Positions 19,014 through 29,147 of a stretch of DNA of 58,131 nt are shown one piece after another. The stretch is taken from the IMG/VR virus record IMGVR_UViG_3300048011_000030, positions 1-58,131 of that record. The stretch is one strand, 5' to 3'. The stretch comes from a virus. Lineage: Duplodnaviria > Caudoviricetes. The notes beneath the pieces are model-generated. The model was not told the origin of the DNA. It searched no databases and saw only the letters and a list, made by a program, of their open reading frames with translations. Both the position numbers and the translations under genes were made by a program. How positions within the stretch are numbered: the stretch's first letter is position 1; each line of letters begins with the position of its first letter.

Positions 19014-22000
19014 ATGGGAATATTAGATGATATTAATGCTTATAAACCTACTACTCTAGCAGGTACTAATAAACATTTTATCGATGGTGATTCATTGGAT
19101 AACCCAGATGGTCCCAACTATCGTATCGCTGGTTATGATTCCGCTGAGGTTTCTAAGTTGATAGGTAACAGAGTAATTGAAGGTACTGCAGGTGGTAATG
19201 CATCTGCAGAAATAACTGCTCGACTTGCAAACGAACAGGGGTTCACTAATATTGTGCCCCTGTTCAACCCCGATGGGTCTCGTATGATGGACTCAGGTGG
19301 TGGTCGCCAAATGGTTGATCTTGTCAATGAGAATGGGGAAAGTTTTTCAAGATCTATGATATCATCAGGTGCAGGTAATATAACAACCTATGCTACAGAT
19401 TCAGATGTACTTGCTAAGTCTATAGCTGAAGCTGAAAGAAATGAAGCTTTCAGGAAAGGAGATTACGAACCTTCTGCATTTGATCAAGCAGCCTATGCTA
19501 TTAAATCAGCTGAGTTATATGAGGGTGCTAAATCCTTAGGACTTAAGCAGACATTGTTTGATGAACAAGAAAGAGCTTCTTACATTAATTACTTTATGAA
19601 TCAGGGGATGTCTAGGGAAGCTGCTACAAACGAGATGAATAATTACTTTACTCGTGATGTTCAGCTTCGTAAACCAGGTGTATCACTTGACAACAAATCT
19701 CTTAACCCTGTCAGCGACTCTTGGGAACAAGGTTGGATCAGTGTAGGTGAAAGTGCCTATGGTGTTGCTAACTTAGTTGGTTCCTCTACTGGTGCTGAGG
19801 GTCTTGAGAGATGGGGTGAGGATGGTGTACGTAGGCAGCAAGGTAAGCTGGCTGAGTATGGGTACACGATTAACAACTATAAAGATGTTGACAGTATTGG
19901 GTCTGCCCTTGAGTACCTTGGGAGCACAATGGCCCTGTCATTACCCTACATGGCAATCACTGCTGGTTCTGCTATCGCTGGGACTGTAGCTGCCCCTGTC
20001 ATAGGAGCCACTGCTGCTGTCGCAGGTGCTGTAGCTATCCCCTCATTCATGTATGCGGGTCAAACCTGGAACGACATGGAAGGTGATAACGACAGTAAGT
20101 CTGCTACCATTGCTATTGGTTCTGGCATTGCTCAAGCTGTACTTGATCGCTTAGGTCTCAAAGGTATCGGTGGTATTGCTAAAAATCCAATACAAACTAT
20201 TAGAGATGATATTCCAAAAGCACTTGCCAAGGCTCGTAACATAAGCCTGTCAGAAGCTAAGTTGATTGTTAAGCAGGAAGCAGACTTTGCTATTGGGCAG
20301 TTTGCAAATGAAGCACAGAAGATTGCTAAGGCTCAACTGACAGCCAAGCAGACTTCTATGAGAGCCTTAGGAAGTGTGGGTGTTGGCTCAGTGTCTGAGG
20401 GACTGACTGAGGTTGGTCAAGAAGCTATCGGTTATCTTGCTGCTGTTCAAGGTTCGGATAAAGTATTTGACTACGAAGAGTTTCAAGAACGTTTAGCTAA
20501 TGCTGCTGTTGCTGGCACTGCCTTGGGTGGTGCCTTTTCTATTCCTGGTACAGTTAAAGATCAGATAACTTGGATGGATGCAGCTGCTCGTTTCGGAGAA
20601 CCCATACCTCAAGCAGACATTGAAAGATATGTGGAGGAAGAGAAGGCAGCTCACGGCGGGATTGTAAGGACTGTACCCCAACTCTTGACAGATGTTCAGA
20701 AAGAGGTGGATGCCTCTGATGATCTTGGTTTTAACATCAATGAGAGAGAAACTGAACACAAACAAACAACTGGTCAGAAAACATTTATGGAACGTGCATC
20801 TACGTCTGTGATGAATGTGTCTAACCTTTGGCAAGCTGCTGTTACAAATGCAATTCCAAAAGCTACGCTAGATAAGTCTAAGTCTGCTCGTGCATTGGCA
20901 TCTATCTTAGGTGGCACACTGACCCCTTTGCATGGTGGTTCTGGTATTGAAGCTGCACAACACCACCTTGTTACTTACTATAAGAACCAAGTGCATGACC
21001 CAAAAGTTTTCTATAAGAACATGGGGCTGAAGTCTTTAGCTGGTGTGTTTAAGGCTTCTGATAGGGCAAGGATAAGTGACTTAACTTACAAAGCCCTTAG
21101 GGCTGCTATTGATAAGCGTGGTAACTTCAATAAGAATCTTGTACCAAAGGACACCCCTAATAGGCAGATGATTGTTGATTTAGGTAATCAACTCATGGGT
21201 CTTGGTCAGGAGCTTCGTCAAAACCAACTAGATGCTGGTGCTGATTTGGGAAATATTAAAGCTTACCTTCTTAAGTACAAGTCAATTGATAAGACTGCTG
21301 TGTCTAAGAACCCAGAGATGTTTACAAACCTCTTGGTGTCTGAGTATAAGATCAGCCGTGCAGAAGCTTTAAGGATTACAGATGAGATCAGGGACAACCC
21401 AAACGTTTACGATCTAGACTCTGCAGATGCTATCATAAGTAATGTAGGATCTCTCAACCCACCATCACACAAGAGTAGGAAGTTTGGTCTATCTCAAAAT
21501 GAAAAGTTTGATCAGTTCTATGAGAAAGATATCTTCGCTAACGTTGCTAATGCAAGTAAGACTGCAGCTCGTTATGTAACTCAGATGAAGTATGTTGGTA
21601 AGGATGGGGAGATTGTATCTAAACTCTTGAATAACATGCAAGCTGAGGGTGTGTCCAATGAAGAGGTTAATCGTGTAGCTTCTGAGGTTAAGAATATCTT
21701 AGAGGCTGTGTCAGGTAACTACAACAGGCCGACTACTCAAGCTGGTAAGAAGCTTATGCGGTTCCAGAAGAATGTAATGTTCTGGATGACCCTATCTGCA
21801 CTACCACTTGCAACATTCTCCTCATTACCTGAAATGGCTATGACACAGGGTGCCCTTACTCGTGATCAAATCTTTGGTAAGAATGGAAGTATTAAAAACA
21901 TTGCACAAGAAGCAGTGTCTGGTTTACTACCCCAGCTTAGGAAGGTTGAAGCAAGCACTGAAGATAGAATACTCCGACAGAATACTGGGAGTGAGGGTCA

Positions 22001-23027
22001 GAAGTTGCTTCGAGAAACTGGTTTCTACGCTTGGGAAGTAGGTGCTGCAACAACCACAGGTGTCAGTGAGGTTTCAGACAGTCGTAAGAATGTTATGGAA
22101 GCTTTCTTTAGGGCTATTGGTTTGACCCAATGGACTGACTATACTCGTGCTGTTCGTGCAAGTATGGCCTATGACTTCATATCTATTAACTCTAAGATAG
22201 TATTTCAAAGAGACTCAGGATTAACACCTGATACTCGTGAGGCTCAGGAGGCAGAGCAAAAGCTGAGAAGCTTAGGGATACCTGTAGAACAGTTCGTACC
22301 TCTCAATAGTAGAATTGAAAGGGCTGGACCTGAGGGTCTTAGAGATCCTAGGTCTATGGATCTCTGGAATCAAACAATGAAGGAAGCTACCTACAACTTT
22401 ATCAACCAAGCAGTAGCCCTACCAAGTGCAGCCAATCGTCCTTTGATCTATCAGGATCCTAGGTTGGCTTTGTTCACACAGTTCCAAGGTTTTATCTCTA
22501 CCTTTACAGCAAACCATATACCTCGGATGTGGAATGACTACATTAAACGTGGTACTCCAGCAATGAAGTACAACACCTTTGTACTTATGTCTACTATGAT
22601 TGCCCTAGGATTCTTCTCACAGGCAATGAAAGACGAAATCAAGTTTGAAGATGATGATGATGAAGGTACACTGGGTAATCCATATCTGGACACACCTGAG
22701 TATGTTCGTCGTGGTGTCATGGCTTCTGGTTTGTTTGGTACAGGTGAGCGAGTCATTGATATGTTTGCACCTATCTATGGTCAACGTACTGATGGTATTG
22801 GTGGTTGGTTATACAATCAAGCCACAGGCGAAAGCCCCACAGTTGGTTACGTTGGCAGGCTTGGTGATGCAACTTTGAATGTAGCTAAGGGTGACTTTGA
22901 ACGTGCTGTGTATCAGGGTTTGAAATCAGCCCCTGGGATTGGTCCCTTTACAGACACAAACAAAAGCCTAGCTAGTCTTCTAACTGGTGGTGGTTGGAAC
23001 TATAAAGACAATAAGGAGAATCAGTAA
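19014..23027 (+). CDS. Large internal virion protein (T7 gp16-like position) with N-terminal SNase-like domain
   Basis: FIDGDSL..YRIAGYDSAE..GGGR pattern; hydrophobic helices near aa 305-350; no Cys seen. Confidence 0.65.
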   Translation: MGILDDINAYKPTTLAGTNKHFIDGDSLDNPDGPNYRIAGYDSAEVSKLIGNRVIEGTAGGNASAEITARLANEQGFTNIVPLFNPDGSRMMDSGGGRQMVDLVNENGESFSRSMISSGAGNITTYATDSDVLAKSIAEAERNEAFRKGDYEPSAFDQAAYAIKSAELYEGAKSLGLKQTLFDEQERASYINYFMNQGMSREAATNEMNNYFTRDVQLRKPGVSLDNKSLNPVSDSWEQGWISVGESAYGVANLVGSSTGAEGLERWGEDGVRRQQGKLAEYGYTINNYKDVDSIGSALEYLGSTMALSLPYMAITAGSAIAGTVAAPVIGATAAVAGAVAIPSFMYAGQTWNDMEGDNDSKSATIAIGSGIAQAVLDRLGLKGIGGIAKNPIQTIRDDIPKALAKARNISLSEAKLIVKQEADFAIGQFANEAQKIAKAQLTAKQTSMRALGSVGVGSVSEGLTEVGQEAIGYLAAVQGSDKVFDYEEFQERLANAAVAGTALGGAFSIPGTVKDQITWMDAAARFGEPIPQADIERYVEEEKAAHGGIVRTVPQLLTDVQKEVDASDDLGFNINERETEHKQTTGQKTFMERASTSVMNVSNLWQAAVTNAIPKATLDKSKSARALASILGGTLTPLHGGSGIEAAQHHLVTYYKNQVHDPKVFYKNMGLKSLAGVFKASDRARISDLTYKALRAAIDKRGNFNKNLVPKDTPNRQMIVDLGNQLMGLGQELRQNQLDAGADLGNIKAYLLKYKSIDKTAVSKNPEMFTNLLVSEYKISRAEALRITDEIRDNPNVYDLDSADAIISNVGSLNPPSHKSRKFGLSQNEKFDQFYEKDIFANVANASKTAARYVTQMKYVGKDGEIVSKLLNNMQAEGVSNEEVNRVASEVKNILEAVSGNYNRPTTQAGKKLMRFQKNVMFWMTLSALPLATFSSLPEMAMTQGALTRDQIFGKNGSIKNIAQEAVSGLLPQLRKVEASTEDRILRQNTGSEGQKLLRETGFYAWEVGAATTTGVSEVSDSRKNVMEAFFRAIGLTQWTDYTRAVRASMAYDFISINSKIVFQRDSGLTPDTREAQEAEQKLRSLGIPVEQFVPLNSRIERAGPEGLRDPRSMDLWNQTMKEATYNFINQAVALPSAANRPLIYQDPRLALFTQFQGFISTFTANHIPRMWNDYIKRGTPAMKYNTFVLMSTMIALGFFSQAMKDEIKFEDDDDEGTLGNPYLDTPEYVRRGVMASGLFGTGERVIDMFAPIYGQRTDGIGGWLYNQATGESPTVGYVGRLGDATLNVAKGDFERAVYQGLKSAPGIGPFTDTNKSLASLLTGGGWNYKDNKENQ

Positions 23028-26000
23028 TGGCTATACCAGTGATTAAAGGGGGGAGTGCTGAGCTCCCCTCTCAGACTTTAGAAGATCGATTTGCTACAAC
23101 TGAGCAGGTACCCCCACAACAGGAAGAACCTGCACCACAATCAACAGGTATCCTACAGGACATTGCTAACACCACCCCAGAACAGATTGCAGCAATCACA
23201 CAGGTGGATGCATCTGAGTTAACACCTGATTTAATTATCCCAGAACAACAGGGGAATGATAACAGGTTCTTGGTACCTGATATGGCTACTCGTGCTAAGA
23301 CAGACAACCAAAGGTACAATAGGATCACACCTGTTCAACTCCCAAAGGTAACTGTTGCAGCACAATCTGAAGCTGGTGGTAATCTTAGATCTCGTGCAAA
23401 GACTTTGGTTCAGAATGTAAACTCTGGTAATCTTGGGTTAAACCTTACAGGTCTTGGTACCCCAGCCTACGCATTAACCAAAGGTGATTCACCTGTTTCA
23501 GGACCAGCACTTGCGGATGCTATCGCTGAATCTTCTGAAGGTAACATTGTAGCTGCTATCAGTAGGGCTGATGCAATTGTAGAATCTGAGGGTGGTATGA
23601 AGATACCTAACCCAATGTACACACAGATTGCCTCTGCTATCATTGAAGATACTTTTGGTGGTAACTTGGACAACACCCTTGATCCTCTTGCAGAGGCAAT
23701 GGGAGATCCATCTGTCCCTGTGGAAAGCCCAAACAAAACACTCACACACGCTGAGGGTAACGCACAGATAGGTAACAGGATACATCTTGAGTACCAGCGT
23801 AGGAAGAGGCAGGCCATGATAAGTCAGGGTGCTCCTGAGGCTGACCCTCAAGTTCAAGCATTGGCATCTCCAGATAAACTACCACGTAAGGAAGCGGAGA
23901 CACTGGGGGCTGCGTTCAAGCAGTTGTGGGCAGACTCTAACCCAACACTTGTCACACGAGCTGTTGATCCAAAGACCCGTCAGATAGTGTATGGTCTAAC
24001 TGCAGAAGGTGAAGCCGCTATTAAAGAGGGTGAGCTTGATCGTAAACAGATATTTCCCCGTCAGATAGTACGCCCTCAGAAAGTACCTAACCAAATGGCT
24101 GGTACTGATGTTGGTAAGAACGTAGTTCGAGCAGTGTCTGGTGGTAAGTCTGGTCAGAAGATGGGTCGGATAATAAACCAAGCTATTGATAACTTAGGTC
24201 AGGTTGGACATGTAGTCGATAAACAACGCATGAAGATTCTGTACTCTACGGTCTTGGCTACACTAGCAACCAATGATCATGAGACTTGGCAGGCTGAGAT
24301 CAACAATGTTGGTCAGTCTAGGATGGATAGATTCAATGCTGCTGCTAAGATGCAGGAGCGTAAGCTTGCAAATAATCCAGAGCTTAGAGAAGAACTCTAT
24401 AGCCCAAAGGAAAATATCAACAACTTGTTTGATAAACTAGCACAGGAAGTGCAGTCACTAGCACAGGAACGCAATGGTATCAACTACCTTACCTATAATG
24501 TTCAGGGTTTCCAAGGGAGGTTGACACCTCAGCAATCCTACTTTAACCCAGTGACATCTAAGGCTGTTCGGTTTGCCACAAGATCACCTAACCCATCTAT
24601 CATTAGACCTGGGAACAGGCAAGAGAAGAACTTGCGTCAGATGTATGCCATGATCCTGTTGTCTAAAGTTAAAGACTCTCAAGGTAATACAATTACAGAT
24701 GCTGGTGATACCTTCTTACCTGCCCAAAGGGAAGTGTTGCTCAAGGCTAGGGAGTCTGAGCTATATGGTTATGGTAAGCGGCTTGCACAAGCACTGGAGA
24801 TGACTGATGCACAGTATGAAGCTGTGTCTGAGGCTATTGCTAATGGTGTTCCCTTAGACTCTCCACAGTTCCCACAGTTTAATCAACTTAGTCTTGATCC
24901 GAATAGTGATTATGACAGTATGATTATTAAGATGATCAAGGACAAGGGGGAAGATGGTCTACTGCTAATGGATACGTTAATAGACTTCTCTAAGTACGTT
25001 GACTTTAAAAGGAACTACCCTAACGACAAGCAGTTCATTAGCTATGTCAATGCTTACATGGATGGTAAGACTAATGGTCCTGCGAGTCAGGGTATGCAGA
25101 TGGGTGAGATACCAACAGCTTTCTTAACTGGTGTTCTCAGAGCAAAAGGTAACAGGTCAACCCTCTTAGATGATGGTGACATACGCGATAAGCTTATGGG
25201 ATTAGCTAATCAGAGTATAGAAAGTGGTTGGGAAAACATCAGTGAGGATCTATTTCCACAACTGAATGATGTTGCTCGTGCTGTATTCAGTAACAGGGAT
25301 CTAGCTAAGCTGACTATCATGACCTATGGTTATGGTAAGGAGATGGAAAGTTTTGTAACTGACATTGAAGAAGTGTTGGAAGTTTTAAATGAAGAACTAA
25401 TAAAAGACTCTGAAAGTTCTTATGGCCCCAGTCTTTCTATTATAGACTCCACTATGTCACGTAGAGATTTAGCTAAGGTTCTCTTAGAGAAATACAAAGG
25501 ATCTATTGAAGGTGTTATGACCGCTGACTCAATAGAGTCTAGATCTATCATGAGGGCTGCTGCTGCACTTCACGCTGCTATGAATGAGCCTTTCATCATC
25601 AAAGGTCCAACGGGGATGGACATCCATATTGGTGGTGAATCCTCTACAGGTTATGATGCAGCATCTAAAAGTACCTATAAGAGCAGATCTCCTGAGACTG
25701 GTGAGATGGTTAAGACAACTGTTGCACACTATGAGACTGAGACTACGGCTGCTGCTACTCGTAATAGAACAAACCCAGATGGTACCATTGAAGGTACTCC
25801 TGGTGAGTTTGCTTATGGTGGATCTGTTGTTGCCCCTATTCAAGCTGTTGATGCTGCCACCGTAGCAATGACTGCCTCTGGTAAGTCTTGGGACAGGGCA
25901 GGCAAAGCATCCAATGGAAACCCATTCCTCTTAACTATCTACGATGCTTTTAAAGTAGATGCTAATGGTTATGATGTATTCCTAGAGGAGATTAATCTCA

Positions 26001-26527
26001 ACTGGATGGATGCAACCCTTGACTGGAGCTATTTAGAACAAGCACGTAACTCCTTGACTGAGGCGACTAAGCGTTTTGAAGAGAAGATGAAAGGTAGGGC
26101 GCCTGGTGACAAGCTCACAGATAATGAGAAGGTCTATATGGATTGGATGCTTAAGGTATCCCCTGCTGCCAGTGGTAATATGTACATGGCTAATCTTTGG
26201 GGACGCATGAGTAAACTAACAGGTACTGCTGGGAAGGTCAGGACAGAAGAGCAACTCCAAGAAGATCGTGTTCGCATGTCTAGGGTAATGGCTGCGGAGA
26301 TGAAGAAGGTGGGGTATGATCCATATAACCCGCCATCTGAGCCCACTGTCAATCAGCTCAAGACCTTTAAGGGTCTTCTTCGGAATGAGTTAAACTTACA
26401 TTCTAGGTTGCCAGATGTTATTAAAAGAACTAATAGCAACAAGTCAGCCCTTAAAAAAGAGCTGCTTATGAATGGATACAAAACCGAAAGCGGTAGACGT
26501 ATTCCACTGCAATACTACGCACACTAA
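23027..26527 (+). CDS. Putative virion-encapsidated single-subunit RNA polymerase (N4 vRNAP-like)
   Basis: YNVQGFQGRL..FNPVTSKAVR; motif A MDGKTNGP; motif B RDLAKLTIMTYGYG; PIQAVDA; motif C TIYDAF; no Cys in 1166 aa; last gene of the ejection cluster. Confidence 0.8.
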   Translation: MAIPVIKGGSAELPSQTLEDRFATTEQVPPQQEEPAPQSTGILQDIANTTPEQIAAITQVDASELTPDLIIPEQQGNDNRFLVPDMATRAKTDNQRYNRITPVQLPKVTVAAQSEAGGNLRSRAKTLVQNVNSGNLGLNLTGLGTPAYALTKGDSPVSGPALADAIAESSEGNIVAAISRADAIVESEGGMKIPNPMYTQIASAIIEDTFGGNLDNTLDPLAEAMGDPSVPVESPNKTLTHAEGNAQIGNRIHLEYQRRKRQAMISQGAPEADPQVQALASPDKLPRKEAETLGAAFKQLWADSNPTLVTRAVDPKTRQIVYGLTAEGEAAIKEGELDRKQIFPRQIVRPQKVPNQMAGTDVGKNVVRAVSGGKSGQKMGRIINQAIDNLGQVGHVVDKQRMKILYSTVLATLATNDHETWQAEINNVGQSRMDRFNAAAKMQERKLANNPELREELYSPKENINNLFDKLAQEVQSLAQERNGINYLTYNVQGFQGRLTPQQSYFNPVTSKAVRFATRSPNPSIIRPGNRQEKNLRQMYAMILLSKVKDSQGNTITDAGDTFLPAQREVLLKARESELYGYGKRLAQALEMTDAQYEAVSEAIANGVPLDSPQFPQFNQLSLDPNSDYDSMIIKMIKDKGEDGLLLMDTLIDFSKYVDFKRNYPNDKQFISYVNAYMDGKTNGPASQGMQMGEIPTAFLTGVLRAKGNRSTLLDDGDIRDKLMGLANQSIESGWENISEDLFPQLNDVARAVFSNRDLAKLTIMTYGYGKEMESFVTDIEEVLEVLNEELIKDSESSYGPSLSIIDSTMSRRDLAKVLLEKYKGSIEGVMTADSIESRSIMRAAAALHAAMNEPFIIKGPTGMDIHIGGESSTGYDAASKSTYKSRSPETGEMVKTTVAHYETETTAAATRNRTNPDGTIEGTPGEFAYGGSVVAPIQAVDAATVAMTASGKSWDRAGKASNGNPFLLTIYDAFKVDANGYDVFLEEINLNWMDATLDWSYLEQARNSLTEATKRFEEKMKGRAPGDKLTDNEKVYMDWMLKVSPAASGNMYMANLWGRMSKLTGTAGKVRTEEQLQEDRVRMSRVMAAEMKKVGYDPYNPPSEPTVNQLKTFKGLLRNELNLHSRLPDVIKRTNSNKSALKKELLMNGYKTESGRRIPLQYYAH

Positions 26528-26588
26528 AAAAAAATAAGGCCCCCAAGAGAACCATTACGGTTTTCCTGGGGGCCTTTTAATTTTATTT
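26526..26588. terminator. Bidirectional intrinsic terminator between the converging arms
   Basis: A-tract, aaggcccccaagagaacc-attac-ggttttcctgggggcctt stem, then T-rich tract. Confidence 0.88.
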
Positions 26589-26873
26589 AAGCATACCTTT
26601 CTTTGCAAGGAGCTCTCGGTACTCCTTCATTTGGTCTTGCTTACGCTGTCGTGCTTCTTTATCATTGATCACACCACCCTCTAGATCTTCTGCAATACCA
26701 ATGTCCATGACACGTGGCATAAGATCCTTTGTATAAGCCAGCTCTAAATCTAAAGATGTCTTTGTTAGTGGGTTAGTGTTCCAATCAGAGATGAACTCAT
26801 CGTCATCTACTTGAACACCTCGTAGTGCTAAATGATTATATGATTTACGCGAAGAAGTAGTCACTGTTTTCAA
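26583..26873 (-). CDS. Hypothetical protein (96 aa) between the two RNAP genes
   Basis: RBS aaggag; overlaps the RNAP 3' end. Confidence 0.7.
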   Translation of the reverse strand: MKTVTTSSRKSYNHLALRGVQVDDDEFISDWNTNPLTKTSLDLELAYTKDLMPRVMDIGIAEDLEGGVINDKEARQRKQDQMKEYRELLAKKGMLK

Positions 26874-29139
26874 TCTCCTTTATATCTAAGCTGCCCAATG
26901 TAGGTTGTTCCACATCATCTTCAGCATCTGTAATGAAGTTACGTATAACCTCAAAGTAATTATCGTAGTCGTACATGCGTATGAATACTTGTTTGGTTAG
27001 GTCGAGTAGTTTATCTACATCACAGGCATGAGTACTGAAGCTATCATGCACAGCTGCAAAGGAACCATCCCACTCAGAGATAACCAAAGCCATATGACTA
27101 GCATCCATAGAGTGTATGTAGTTAGGTGACATACCACAGATGAAACCTCTCCTGTCTGGCATACGTGTAGGTACAAGGGCTACGTGTGTAACCTGACCTG
27201 TCTTATTTCCATAGCCTTTGATGCGTCCCCTAGCTTTTCTATCTTGCATAATCCATTTCTCATAGATCACATGGAACCCTGATGGTGTACTCCATTCAAC
27301 CTTATCCTTACCCTTACCATGCTTTAGACTTGTGGTGAACTGTTTAAGTTTAACCACAACATCGTTAAGCTCATAGAGATCTTCATCAGTCTTGAAGTTC
27401 TTCTTCATTAATGTATCACGTATCTTAGACAGGCTACGATATTCAGTGTTGGCTTCGTATCCATCTGAGTCTACCTTTATGTGTGTACCTAATTGATACA
27501 TAGCTAGGTTCTGTAGGTAACTCATAGTAGATAGTGGGCCTGGACATACCTTATCAATTGCTTTGATCAGTAGTTTAGATAGCTTAGTACAGTCGTCCTG
27601 TGTGATATCATACTCTGTGTGGTAGTCCTCTGACTTACAATCGAAGAACATGTTCTCAGCGATCTTCTTAGAGCCTGCTGAGTATGCCCTAGTCATGGAG
27701 CCACGCTTAGATATACCCTTACGTATACTCTTCATAGGCATACTAGACAGTATCCCATTAAGTCTATCATCTTTACACAGATTAATCATTTCTTTAGCTG
27801 TTTGCACATAGAAGTCTTTCTGTATCTCTGAGGGTATTAGACCAACCAACTCACCAGTTTGTTCGTCCTTAGAGATTGCTCCTAGGTGTTGCCAACCATT
27901 GTTACTCCCATCAATAGGGATAGGTAGGCTAGTCATGTGGATACGATTGTCTCTGTAAGCACAATCAAATTCATACCACTCAACACAAGCAGCAAGGAAG
28001 GATACTTTCTTCTCAGCTTGACCAGAGAACTGTGAGTTCTTACCAGCCTCTATGATCTCATCCATGTACTCATTGGTCCAGATGATACGATCTTCTAGGG
28101 TCATCTTGTCAACAGAGATGTTGTCTAACCCTTCACTCTCAAGGTGTTCTTTGTAATCAGATGTACACCAATCAGGTATCTCATCGATGTTGTAGGACAT
28201 GTTGAAGACAGACGCTGTGTGTATAGCTAACCACTGTAACCCACTTTCAGTCATGGGCTTTGAGTGTTGGAACTTAAACAAGCCCCTAGCTAGATCAGAT
28301 CCTTGGAAGTTCATAAAGCTCTCACAGTAGTAGAACCTACCACGATAGTCTACATCCAGGTACTGATAGAAAGCATCTAGCTCTGATAGCTTACGTGCCT
28401 TCTCTGATATGAATGCCCACTCAACCATCTTACTCCTACGCTTGAGTTCTTTAGCATCATTGTCCTTGATAGGATCAGTAGATAGGAACAACTCTTTGTT
28501 CTCAATCATTGCATTGTAGACTGGTTTGTTTATCTTCCAAGCAGTCTGCTGAAGTTTGTTAAGGGCTTGTACCCAAGGTGCATAGGGGTCTATTGGATCA
28601 CCCTCCACCCTACCTTTGATCACTGGCCTGTGTACTCCATTGATCTGTTGTATCATACCAGATATATCTTTCGGTCGTATGATACTGGTAGAGGCTAAGG
28701 GGAAACTCCCACCTCTCTCAGGTATCACACCTAACTCATACCATCTATGAGATGCAGACACCACATGGCAGCTGTTACGGGTCTTAGCATAGGACAAGTC
28801 GATAAACCCCAGGTTGTATAGGGCTTCTATGAACAGGTCTCCTATGGACACTACAGAGCCCCAGGGAAGGGGCTCTCTATCTAGTTCTTTACCCACACTC
28901 TGACCTATCTTACTAGATGCATTAGTGAGTGTGGTTGTACCAGCTGGGCTTGAGCTGGTATCCTTAGTGAATTGCATTTGAAGTATGGAGATACTCTTAA
29001 CAACGTACCCTTCCATACGTTCATTATAGTTTCCAGACAATCTCATCAAGAGCCCAGCAAGGTGGGGTCTTCGACGTGCGGGACTCACACCATCTACCCT
29101 TTCGACAAGGTAATCAACTATCTCTTGGAGTGCTGACAT
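26845..29139 (-). CDS. T7-type single-subunit DNA-dependent RNA polymerase (764 aa)
   Basis: DYRGRFY, NFQGSD, DGSNNGWQH, RKGISKRGSMTRAY, PNYIHSMDASH, VHDSF. Confidence 0.95.
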   Translation of the reverse strand: MSALQEIVDYLVERVDGVSPARRRPHLAGLLMRLSGNYNERMEGYVVKSISILQMQFTKDTSSSPAGTTTLTNASSKIGQSVGKELDREPLPWGSVVSIGDLFIEALYNLGFIDLSYAKTRNSCHVVSASHRWYELGVIPERGGSFPLASTSIIRPKDISGMIQQINGVHRPVIKGRVEGDPIDPYAPWVQALNKLQQTAWKINKPVYNAMIENKELFLSTDPIKDNDAKELKRRSKMVEWAFISEKARKLSELDAFYQYLDVDYRGRFYYCESFMNFQGSDLARGLFKFQHSKPMTESGLQWLAIHTASVFNMSYNIDEIPDWCTSDYKEHLESEGLDNISVDKMTLEDRIIWTNEYMDEIIEAGKNSQFSGQAEKKVSFLAACVEWYEFDCAYRDNRIHMTSLPIPIDGSNNGWQHLGAISKDEQTGELVGLIPSEIQKDFYVQTAKEMINLCKDDRLNGILSSMPMKSIRKGISKRGSMTRAYSAGSKKIAENMFFDCKSEDYHTEYDITQDDCTKLSKLLIKAIDKVCPGPLSTMSYLQNLAMYQLGTHIKVDSDGYEANTEYRSLSKIRDTLMKKNFKTDEDLYELNDVVVKLKQFTTSLKHGKGKDKVEWSTPSGFHVIYEKWIMQDRKARGRIKGYGNKTGQVTHVALVPTRMPDRRGFICGMSPNYIHSMDASHMALVISEWDGSFAAVHDSFSTHACDVDKLLDLTKQVFIRMYDYDNYFEVIRNFITDAEDDVEQPTLGSLDIKEIENSDYFFA

Positions 29140-29147
29140 GTATTCTC

